Shown: positions 38,201-49,647 of the stretch, in pieces
Position numbering within the stretch: position 1 is the first letter of the stretch
How the letters are laid out: every line of letters begins with the position of its first letter
Source of the DNA: Magallana gigas
Taxonomy: Eukaryota
NCBI RefSeq assembly: GCF_963853765.1
Contig: NC_088857.1
Coordinates: 4,836,001 to 4,900,000, forward strand
Reading direction: 5' to 3'
Length of the DNA stretch: 64,000 nt
Made by a program: the position numbers and the translations under genes
The notes under the pieces: generated by a model
Database searches by the model: none
The model's input: only the letters and a program-made list of their open reading frames with translations
Told to the model about the DNA's origin: nothing

Positions 38201-41166
38201 GTCCCTGAAATAATAGTGGTTAAATATTATACATGTCATTACATTCCTCGCCTTTTTTAAAATCATGAATTAAATCAAAGGATGATTATGGTTTCCTTGA
38301 CAGTTGATTTTATAAACTCAATACTGTTATCTTATACAACTGTTCTACTTTTATTATTCGAAAAAATTAATGTATTACAAATCTCACAGCACACAAACAA
38401 TTCACAGTTGCTTAAAAGAAAAGTTGAAGTTTTCACTTTTGAATAAAATAAAATCAACAACTTTTAGCGACAAGTTCCACATTTTTTGTCTATTTTTTTT
38501 TCAGGCAAAAGATTGTTTTCAAGTGACCAGCAAAATAGTCTTGATTTTTTAATTTGCACAACAAGTAATGTTTACAACACTAGGCGAAAATACTTGGTCA
38601 TTTCGTTAAACGGATCTGATGATGTTTACATCTGATCAGATCAGTCCTTTGATCTTGATTGGGTCGTTTTATGATAGAATTATTTGCCAGTTTTAAGAAA
38701 CGTAAACCCTATCCCACTCATTTTATGTTTAATTATGATACAGAGAACAATTGGATTGTTTGTTTATTGAATACCTATACAACAACTCGATTGTTTGCAT
38801 CCCCTCACCAAATCGACAATACGTTCTATCTGATTAAGAACCTATCTGGGGCGATATTATTTTCTGACAGACCACAAACATCTGTGCTGGACTTGATGAT
38901 CCTCCCACTGTCATCGTACAACTCTGACACTGCGCAAACATTTAAAAACTTCATCAAAGTGTCTCACTGTTGTTCACACATGAATGAATGACAACGGCAT
39001 TTCCCGTCTTTGCTGACGCAAGTATTTCGTTAACATCGCTCGCCAGGGGACGGACACGTTTGACCCTTTTTTATCAGACAGAGACTCTCTTCAAACGCCG
39101 CTATAAAAGGATGCATTATTTTGGACCTTTATTTATTAAGCTTGGAACATATGTACGACATTTATAAGACTATAAACACCGTCCCTGGCGAAAAGGAGGG
39201 GCGGCGAGTAGATCAAACTCTGTCAACTGTACAGTTTGGATCCCGTGACGTGTATTTCCTGGTTCAAACAACGCTTAAATGTTGAATGTCATTTGACAAA
39301 TGCATATCTATGAATGCTAATTATATTATAACACAGAGTTAAAATTCCTTCGTTTACATGTCACTTTGCATTGTTTGGACGATTAAGATACTATTATGAG
39401 ATCATGATTGTTTACACCAGTAACAATTTATGTGAATTTAACTTTTACAGACATTGTATTATGCTTTTTTTTTTACATACAAAGGACGCATAAATTCGGC
39501 AGACTCTTTATTTTTTAACAACACACCCGTCACTGAACTTGCTCCTTCCTAAACTCTGATTTTGATATGTACATATCAAAAGGATTGTGTATTCTTCAGT
39601 AATGTCAGTTGTACAATTTCTTGTATTCCCTTGTCAAACTTATGTTAATTCCTGTATGTTTTGAATTTTATTGTTGATATTATGTGATGAATAAGTTTTG
39701 TTAAATTCAACTATCCAGACCAGACGATGCAAGTATTTGAGCTCTATAACTTTGAACTTGATATCGTCTAGAAAACAAAGAGAAATAATCAATGTCTTGG
39801 TTTTGGAGATGTTTGCAAAACCATTGGCCACCGCAATGACCCGGCACTTAGGTCTAGCGTCCTTAAATCTCTGATAGGTCCAAGTTCTGATTTATTCAAT
39901 AAGCGCAATGCCCCCCCCCCCCCCGACACTTAATAAAAAAAAAGATGTGTGTCGTTTATCACATAGCAAGATTTTTATATATAAATCTTTCTACATGTCC
40001 TCTTTGCAGCATAAAGCCAAAACAACATTTCCAGCTTCTCTCTAAAAAAAAAAACCGAAAATAATTCATACACAATGATTAAAATCTAGTATCGGTCTCT
40101 TATTTCTAAAATCATACATTGAAAAAAAGCATTCTATGTAAATCAATAAAAAATATATAATGGTGTGTCTAGCCACCTTAAACAAAGTTGAAGGCTTTCT
40201 GGCGACTTTTTAGATTCCTTTAAATGTATTATCTCTAATTCTTGTGTATATGTAAAGCCATTTCAACAAAAGTCTGGAAACATGGATGCATTGGTTTTAA
40301 CATCAGATTTGTTTGATATTTCTTGCGATAAAATTTCTATGAAATGTCTCCGCTAATCCGTCAATCCACTTTGCATCTGATTGTATCGATCAATCGATGC
40401 TCCTAGGCATATTAAAATACGGTTTGTATTTTTTAAAGTAATAATATAAACAATTCAAAGCAAAGTTGATTCGTTCAGTCGGTAACAATGATTTTAACAG
40501 TGCTCAATCTCAGCTCAGAAAATCTCTGTAAAAAATCATCAGCCGCTTGAAAATTTGCTTCATGCCACCCCCACCTAACGGGGAAAGTATGTGGCCCCAG
40601 ACTGGATACATATCACTTGTTCTAGCTACGCCTCTACTGCTCCTCGCCATGCTGTCCAACATGTTTGTTTTCAACCAGCAGACGCAGGAAAAAACTCGTT
40701 TTTAAGAATCGTTAAGGGGAAAACCCATCCTAATTAATATTCCGGCCACTCGTGTTATGTTTTCTATTTACAGCTCATTTAAAATGTTTTCATATATTAA
40801 GATATTCTAAATGAGGACCTATTTACGGGATATGATGGTTTGACCTTTTGTGGCTTACATGACCTATTGCGGAAGCTGAGGATATTTCTATATATTTTTT
40901 AGCTCGTTTCATCAAAGTAGGACGTGCATCCAAACATAGCACAAGGACAAAAAAATTCAGTTCTAATTGGTGTCAACCTAATTACAATAATTGATTTACA
41001 CAGATTTGAACTCTCAAAGATCACAGAGCTGTTTTTCACTTTCGTTTATCTCCATTCTGATCTTGAGTATATACTTGGCGATAACTAAAAATATAAACAA
41101 GCAAAAGAGTGGAAAATATAGCCGGATACAGAAATACTTTGAGATAGGAATTGGAGGTGATATTAT

Positions 41167-41535
41167 ATAAATAGTGCCTGTTTGGGAGGGTAACAGCTGA
41201 AATTGACACCCCGAGAAAACCATTGTCAACCGACGCGAAGCGGAGGTTGACAATGGTTTTCGAGGGGTGTCAATTTCAACAGTTACTGTTATCCTCCCAA
41301 ACAAGCACTATTTATTTTGTTATACTGAATGTCTTAATTCTTAAGAAAATTTTACTGCTTTTATATAGGAATAACGTGAATTCTACAGCGAACCGTAAGC
41401 GCATAATTTTCGCGCATGTAACATTTTTTAATGTTACCCGTTGCTAAGTGCGTTGCTAACGCTGAGGGTAATAGAAAATATTATTAACTGCGTCTTAACC
41501 AATCAGATTTCAGTATTTAACATGAAAGTATAACA
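41167..41535 (+). mobile_element. Hairpin-tail element, Crypton/Eulor-like
   Basis: Palindrome 41167-41315 centred on GCGAAGC (41235-41241). The tail repeats GAGGGTAA and ends AACCAATCAG..TATAACAA. Confidence 0.7.
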
Positions 41536-42692
41536 ATTGTATCTATCAGTATAAACAATAAGCAACGATGTTATCAATTCCATATAATAAAGCCACACAA
41601 CATTGCACTTGCGCTTTCCCTCTACCACCTCTAAAAAACCGACCTCCCTCGGACCACCCCACCCCCGCGAAAATTCCTCCTGGATCCACCCTTGAAATTA
41701 TATATTCTTATTGTTGTGCATCATCTTACATCACCTGTTTATCAATGAATCATTCATTGTGATGCAGCAAGCGTTTCATCTCATGCCCCCGAATTATGCA
41801 GAATGATTACGAAACCTTAGTTTTTTGCATTATATTTGTTTAATAATATCCGTTTTTGCAATACACTTGTATAATTAATATCCGAGTCATATATAGGCGG
41901 TGCAAACATTGTACAAAGTATGTTGACGAAGTGAAATGTATTTTTTGCAGTTTTCTTATGGAAGTTAAAAACCAAACTTAGAATATTCAAAGTAACAGAG
42001 CCGTATTGTTTGTCTCCCATATTTGTTTGACTGGTTTTTATGGTTTATTTTTCAACTTGTTCAAAACCTTCCATGATTTTATTTTTCTGATAATTTTCAA
42101 GGTTTAGTATTTTATATATTTTTCATAGTATTATAAAAAAGAGACCTTTTTAAAAGATGTCTGTGTATCATAGAAGAATTAAAATCTATCTTGTGAACAA
42201 AACAACAAGTATTTCGGAGATAATATGTAATTTTCAATTGATATGAAAAATGATTTTTTGCTAATTTTATAAGTCTAATATGTAAATTAGAAAACTGGGG
42301 GAAAAATCATTTATGACAAAAAGAAAAAAAAGTAGTCTGCAATCAATTCATGGTGTTAATCATGCTAATCGGATAATTATCAAATATGATAAATCATCCT
42401 TTGACGACGCGATTAAATGTTTTTTCCATTACTATCATAATCCCTCATCGACTGGCAGTTAAAACATTCAGTATGTCTTCTGGGCGACCAATGTTTAAAA
42501 AAAAAATTGAATGTAATAATGTTCTCAATTGATTTGACAATCGCGCTCTCCACTTGAATGACTCCGGTATTTTTAACACCGGGGCAATTAATATCATTTC
42601 TATTTACCGTTAATTAAGATCTCGGGCGGTTATAGGCTGACGTGTTGAGAGCATCTGGAATTTGCCGAGGAAATACAAGTTACAATTTTGGG

Positions 42693-45615
42693 ATGAAGAA
42701 CTTGATTATATGGATTTTATTTTCAATCTTTCATATCATAAAATGTAAGTATGAATTATCTACATCAAAAATGTTGAAATATTAATTGCAATTTTTTTCC
42801 TGGAATTTGCTCTTTGTTCATAATATTAAGTAAATCAAAAATTCGATATCATTTTTTTATTCATAATGGAGAGATTGTAAAAAATATTAGCAGTTCATCG
42901 ATATTCGTAAGAAATTGGAAATCAGCATATCAAACGAACGAAAAAAAAATCTTTTCCAAATTCATAAAACTGTCTATTGCAAGCGACAAATATGTTTTCA
43001 TTTCATAGTTAGGGCGATCAAAGTTATAGCAGCAATTAACAAACTCATGATGAATCGAATGGACCATAAATGTCTTTATTCATCTTTTTAGGAGCACATA
43101 TATAGAACTGGTTGTCTAGCTAGATCTGTTAAGTTAAAAAAAAATTAAATTTTTACTTGGAACTGTAATTAGTATCACTTCCTTCATGTCTAGAATATAT
43201 TACAGTAATTACCGCTAATTTTGTCTGATAAGAGTTTTGTGCACATGATTTCTCGGTGTGTTGAATATGAAATTCATCGTTTCCTGACCCATCTCTGACA
43301 TTTACTTCATTAGCGGGAGAAATAAAAATCACAGATGATTCATGGCATGACATTTCAAAACTTGTTTATCTCTTCACTACGGTCAATTCACTCAATTCGA
43401 CAAATTAAAAATGAAAAGCGAGTCATGTTTTGCATACCAAAATATTTGTAGATGTTCTCGTAATTTGGATATATTTTTTTTTATTTTAGGCCAGATACCT
43501 GCAATATTTTTCCCTCCAAATTTTGTTCGACACGAGTTCCGCCGAATAGGACCGGAAGTGGACCCGGTCTGTCCGCCGCTACGCTGCGCTCCTGTCCCAG
43601 AGGGCTGTGCCCAGCCTCGCATTATAATGGTAAATGGACGACGCTGTCCGTTTTGTCCGAGAAACATCTGTACTGATTTGGAACCTCCTCGGGAGGGATT
43701 GGAAGGAAATAGGATACTCCTCTCCATAGCTGAAACTAATAGTCAAAGAGAAAGCAACAATTCACCCCCTACCTCAACAAGGGATACCGAACAGAGAACA
43801 GATAGACCACGGCCAGCTTCGCCACGATCCACTCCTAATGGCCGATCCTCTCCTGACCCAGACTCCCCTTTCTTTGCACCAAATGAACGACGAGTGGTGC
43901 GGACTGGGCGGCAAGGTGTGCGAGGGACACGTATAGACCCCCCAACTCGTCGACGGACACGTGTAGACCCCCCAGCACGTCAACGATCTGGGTCATCGCG
44001 GAATCGGTCCCCGTCGACAGGATCTCGAGCTCGCACCGGGGAAAGATCCAGATCAACCGACCCTTCTGAAAAACCACCCTCCAAAATTCAGCCAGTTGAA
44101 AACCAGCAAAACGCACATATTCTTTTTCCGCTTGAACCTTTTAGAGAGAACGTTATTAGTGACACCGAGCCAAAATCAAATAAAAACGAAAAATCTCAGA
44201 AAAGTGTCCCTGTAAAACCACCTGTCACACCGGCGCCAACCAAACCGATGAGCACACCGGCGCCCACACATGGCACTCGGTCCGGAAGGCAAGCGCGTCA
44301 GAATATTCATTTACTCTTCCATGCGCTGAACCGAATTGGATCTCAATCTCGAAATCAGCAACCTAACAACAACCAACCGAACAGACCTCCACAGACGCCG
44401 TTCCTCCCCCCTCTCCACGCCCTGGCAGGTTCTCCGTTCACGCAGGTCGTACAACAAGGCTCACAGAATAACAATAGACAGAATGGCGATACACAGTCGT
44501 CAAATCGACAGCGACAAGCTATAAACGGTATTCACCCTCTGCTGCCAATGTTCCTGTTACAACAAGCAAGACTAAATAGTCTTAATGCCCCAACTCCTAG
44601 CCCAGCACCGAATGCACCAAATGCTGCTGCACAGAATACTCCACAGAGAAACAACGCTCCAAATTTACAACATTTGCCTCCACACTTACGAGCCATGATG
44701 CCGTTTCCATTTTTCAATCCAGCAGCAAACCAACAAAATACAATTCCTGGAATGACTATGCAAGCCAACCAGGCGGGTCCAGCAAATGGTGAGCCCTCGG
44801 TTCCACCCGTCACTCCCACAGTACAGGCCGAGATCAACCAGTGGATGGACCAGATGGCGATGCCCATTCAGGAGGTTCTTGGAGAGGTTTCACCTTCACA
44901 GTCCGGCAGTCGGCAGCAGCCTAATCTTAACCAGATTCAGAGAAACCAGTTGACTCCTCCAGCTCAGCAAGTGTTAAATATCGGCCAACAACAGAATCCC
45001 CAAACACAGCAGCCAAGAATTCCTAATCAGGCATTTTTCCAGCAATGGCTACAGCAAATGGCTCTTCAACGACAACGTCTTGCTGCAGGACAAGCACCGG
45101 GACAAATGACGCCCCAAGGTGCTCCATCAAATCGAGCAACACCACAAACGCCGAATTCTAATCTTCTTTTCCAGAACATGGACCCGTCTCGAATGAATAC
45201 TGCTGCCCAGAACCCTGTAAACCCAGCGGCTACAACTCAGAATAATGCAGCGGGATCTAACGGTGGATTTACTCAGTGGTTAGATTCTCTTGCGACACAG
45301 ATTCAGCACCAACTCGAAGATGGTTCGAACCCTGTGCAACAAACAAACGCAATTCCTCAACAGTTGGTAAATAATATGCCACAACACTTGAATGTGATTC
45401 AAAATTTTAACAATGTGCCTTCGCCGAATGGGGTTGGGGGAGAAGTCAATTTTAATAACTGGCTCGAAAACATGGTATCGCCTATTCAACAAGAACTCAC
45501 TAGATCCCCCGGAAATCCCCAGGGGTCGCCTGCAAGGGGTGGGGCTGATATTCCAGCTAGTGCGTGGATTAATGAGATGGTAGATCCAATACAACAAGGT
45601 CTAGGAAGACGGTAG
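42693..45615 (+). CDS. Secreted protein (725 aa): 6-Cys module, then R/S/P-rich and Q/N/P-rich low-complexity regions
   Basis: Exon 1 (42693-42744; MKNLIIWILFSIFHIIK, phase 1, GTAAGT donor) plus exon 2 (43490-45615); module CPPLRC-x6-C-x12-CPFC-x4-C; ends QQGLGRR; AATAAA at 46013. Confidence 0.85.
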
Positions 45616-46373
45616 TTCATACCAACCTAAATCCAATCGTCACCAACGAAGGAAACAGAACTGTAACTACGTGACCATTTCTAACCAGTGAATCTTACCA
45701 ATTGTTTCAATGGCGGCGAAATGATCCGGATTTCATTACGTGCTTAGTTTTTAGAGATACATTGCAGAAGAGATTTACCGTCCATTGTTAAAATGCGTGT
45801 TAACGTTAGTTATGAGTTACCCGTATTTAAGTGTGTACTTGTAACATATAAGAGTATTATTATCGGATGTGTTCAGCATTCGTATAACTCGTTAAACATT
45901 TTATGTAACTACGTATATATTGTTACAAACTAAGTCATTAATGTCGTTTCGATTCTTGACTGACTTCTGTCGTTGTATATAGTTGTTTTCATTAATTTAT
46001 GGGATTGTTACAAATAAAATTAGTTTTACAATATGAGTTTTAAGTTATCAATTTCACAAAGCTCCTGACATAGTTTAGAGTAGCACACAAGACAACACAT
46101 GTCAGAGGAATTGCTACACGTCTAGGAGCGTCAAAAGTTCTTGTCTGTATTCCACTTCGTGACATTTGATTTCTCTGCTGTCAATGTTATATACCAAGCG
46201 GAAATTTATTAATCTTAAAACCTTTACAACTGTCAATAATGGGTAATGCAATCAATTATGTGACTAATAAATCGAATACGATTATATTACTGCTTCTTTG
46301 GACACAATCTTTGAATTGAATGAAGAGGTATTGATGATTTTTGTGTATCGTTCTGGAATAAAGCCGCCTAGCC

Positions 46374-47967
46374 TTATTTCCCTACCACTCCCACGTAAAT
46401 GTCATCTACATGCACAGTCACGGCATCACTCTCCTTCCCCAGGCGGTTCACGCCCCTCACGGCGTAGTAGCCGCCCTGTACCCCGACTTCCATCGTGTCC
46501 CTGTTTAACACGTGAACTAGTTCCCACACATCAGCCCTCAGGGCATACACAGCCCAGGACCTCACGGTGTGAAACGAATCAGAGGACCAGTAAAGCTTAA
46601 AGTCTGCGCTCGCGCGAACGTTTTGTGGTGATGAAGGAGCGGGTGCGGTAAGCCACGTCATTTCCGGTTGTAAGGCGGGTGTCGAGTATTCGCCTGATTT
46701 AAAAGTGTCGCCTATTCTATGAGTATTGTGCGAAAATGTTTTTGCACTGAAGAAAACGTTTCCCAGACTCAGTTGATCACGCCGGTCACGTGACAATTGA
46801 ACTTGTCGGACGAGCTCATTGACTGGCCATGATTTAACCACGATGGCGCTGGCGTAGTTTCCGGTATATAGATGGCGGTTCATCTTGTTTTGTTGTAACC
46901 ACCAGTCTAGCAGTGCTGGATAACTCTGTTGCGGTGGATCTATTTCCCAGTAGAGCTGTGGGGATAGGTAATCCACCCATCCAAGCTCAAGCCATTTCTT
47001 GGAATCAGCGTACAATGAGTCAAAACTCGAGAGTCCGTGGATTGTATGGGGGTGTCCAGGTTTCCAGATTCCAAAAGGACTGATGCCAACCTTAACGTGC
47101 GGTTTGATGGATTTCACTAGAGAGTATAATCCGTGAACTAGGGTGTTGACACTGTCCCTTCTCCAGTCCGCAAGGGACAGACGACCTCCCCCGGAAACGT
47201 ACGCCAAGTACGTATGGGAGTCCGGAAACTCTACTCCAGATACCGGGTAAGGGTAAAAGTAGTCATCCATATGTAGCCCGTCGATATCGTACCGCGTGAC
47301 CACATCCCTGAATACAGACAGGATGAAATCCTGAACAACTTTGGCCCCTGGGTCCATCCATAGGTTACCACCATAGGCGTATGTATAACGTGGAAACCTG
47401 TTAGCCATATGGTTTGGTGCCAAGCCTGAGGTTGAGTTACTACCACTCCGGGCTCTGTAAGGGTTAAACCAAGCGTGAACCTCCATGTTCCTCCTGTGTG
47501 CCTCCTGAACAGTGAATTCTAAGGGATCGTAATAGGGGCTTGGTGCTCTCCCTTGTCGTCCGGTGAGATAATAACTCCACGGCTCCAAAGAAGAATTGTA
47601 CAAAGCGTCACCGGAAGTCCTTACTTGTAAGACGATTGCGTTAAAGTTTTGGCTCTGCAGCCTGTCCAGCATGGAGTTCAACTCGTTTTTCTGCTGGTCG
47701 GTGGTCAGTGAGTGGGAGGACGGCCAGTCTATGTTCGCGACCGTGGCGATCCAGGCCCCCCGAAACTCCCGCACCGGCCAAGGCGAGCCGTCTGTAAACC
47801 GAAGTACAGAAATACAAACAACGAATCATAAAGGTGTATTAAAAGCATTAAAGGTGAAATGGTTAATATACATGTACATGTATTTAGCATTCATATGATA
47901 TATACAAACCTTGAACTGCCCGACAGACAGACATTCCCAGAACAAAGCCGATCAGTTTAGCCAGCAT
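46374..47967 (-). CDS. Secreted GHL10-family glycoside hydrolase (YddW/DigH/YngK-like), ~491 aa
   Basis: Signal exon 47967-47910 (MLAKLIGFVLGMSVCRAVQ, phase 1) plus exon 47791-46374. Motifs: REFRGAWIATVANIDWPS, YDPL..EAH..EVHAWFNPYR, RYDIDGLHMDDYFYPYP, GISPFGIW, GWVDYLSPQLYW. Poly(A) signal at 46205-46210. Confidence 0.9.
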
Positions 47968-48204
47968 TCTGTTGAGGAAAAAAAAACAATCTAAAAAATG
48001 CTTTATGAAATCTCTGACACGTGTATTTACTTCCTGTTGTCCATTATTCATAATGAACGTTATACATTTGAGTACTTCCTATTGTATGTTTTCTCTCCTT
48101 CATATCCTATGTTTTAAAACTGTATCTTGGAGTAGGTGTCGGGGTCTAAGGGTCTTTTAGGGATTAACAAAAAATAGTGTTGTCTATCGTAATGTACACT
48201 ACCT

Positions 48205-48338
48205 TGGTAAAATGTCAGTACTAGTGTAAAGGGAAGGAACCTCTCCTAGAATGTCGGAGAAGTGAGTTAATGTCGCCGTATGTACTACAGTCATGTAAAT
48301 AGGCCATACAGAGTTTTGGCGTGGTTTTATATATACAA

Positions 48339-48430
<92 letters not shown>
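48205..48430 (-). promoter_or_regulatory. Probable 5'UTR exon, TATA box and abutting (GA)~43 tract of the GHL10 gene
   Basis: Minus-strand TATAAAA at ~48325-48331, donor AAG|GTAGT at ~48204, CAG acceptor immediately before ATG 47967, and (GA)n at 48343-48429. Confidence 0.5.
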
Positions 48431-48432
<2 letters not shown>

Positions 48433-48563
48433 GTAAATCTAAGTGCTGCTAGACATTCATACACATGTAACTATATACTTCATAATATTTTATGCAACTT
48501 TTCAGGCGTATGATAAAAAAGTGGAAAACATAATTATATTATACAAATTTTGACTGAGGTTTA

Positions 48564-48667
48564 GGGCAACATTGGTCTTATTAGCCCCCGAGGGACGAAA
48601 TATTGCCCGACGCAAAGCGGAGGACAAAATATTCGTCCCAAGGGAGCTAATATGATCAATGTTGCCC
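48564..48667. mobile_element. Palindromic hairpin element, Crypton/Eulor-like
   Basis: Arms GGGCAACATTGGTC..TTAGC and GCTAAT..ATCAATGTTGCCC; centre CCGACGC-AAA-GCGGAGG, the same core as at 41230-41246. Confidence 0.65.
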
Positions 48668-49423
48668 GAAAACACAGTTAATATTTGTTTTGATATATGA
48701 AGAAACAAACCAATATCAAGAAAGGATTTGATAACAGATCGCCGTAATTCCCTCAGCTCAACATAGAATTCACGAATTCAGTTTTGTGCAAAGTCCATTT
48801 CCAAAATAATACCTTCTGGCGACGATATAAGAAATATTTTTTTGAGGGGGTGTGAATAAAAATGATCACCTTTATCGACAAGCAAGTTTATAGTATCTAT
48901 AATAATAACATTAAAAACAAAACTGAAGTATAACAATTTTTCCTTATATTTGACTATTTCATAACATGATGCGTTTCACAATGACGATAAATGAAATCAA
49001 ACACAAAGCTTTGAGAATATTCCTTCTTGTTTTTTTTAACTTATGTACTTTTCTCGACTATCCATCTTCATTCAGGAGTCAATAACACTTATTCAATTGC
49101 ACAATAAAGGAGATTATTTTATCTTCAAATATTGTTTTTTTCTACACAATACACAGAAATACTTCATTAATTCTTACCTTGTAGAGCGTACTACCTGGAA
49201 TATCTTCCTTTCCGATATAACCATGATAAGATAAGAAACGGAAAAGTTAGGCACAATATCCTTCTCTTATAACACACAGTAATCATATGTATCATAGTAA
49301 AGGTGTGTGAAGAAAATCAAAATCAAATTCAAAAGTACAATACAGGAGTAGAATACATTTTCCATTAATATTAATTTTTTAGCATTTAAACCTAATTAGT
49401 TTAATCAGAAAATCTCATATATT

Positions 49424-49425
<2 letters not shown>

Positions 49426-49476
<51 letters not shown>
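49426..49476. repeat. (TC)n microsatellite
   Basis: Read directly. Confidence 0.95.
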
Positions 49477-49647
49477 ATTTTTAAAGCAATATAACGCTAT
49501 CATAATGCCTTTTATGTATGTACCCTGCATACTTATCAGGACCTTTTTATCGATTACGCCATTTTTTAGTTATCTATCTGATTGTGTAACAAGGTTGCAT
49601 GGTATTTTTTAACTTCCGGATTACGAATAGATTTTGAAAAATTGGTC

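Noticed and set aside
39640-40420. Coding-like minus-strand fragments with stops
   Set aside because: Too decayed to assign; possibly an old TE, with no supportable motif.
46374-47791. Bacterial contamination as the source of the GHL10 ORF
   Set aside because: It is in phase with a spliced signal exon, has a poly(A) signal, and is contiguous with host repeats and genes.
48280-48513. (ER)n protein ORF
   Set aside because: Translation of the (GA)n microsatellite.
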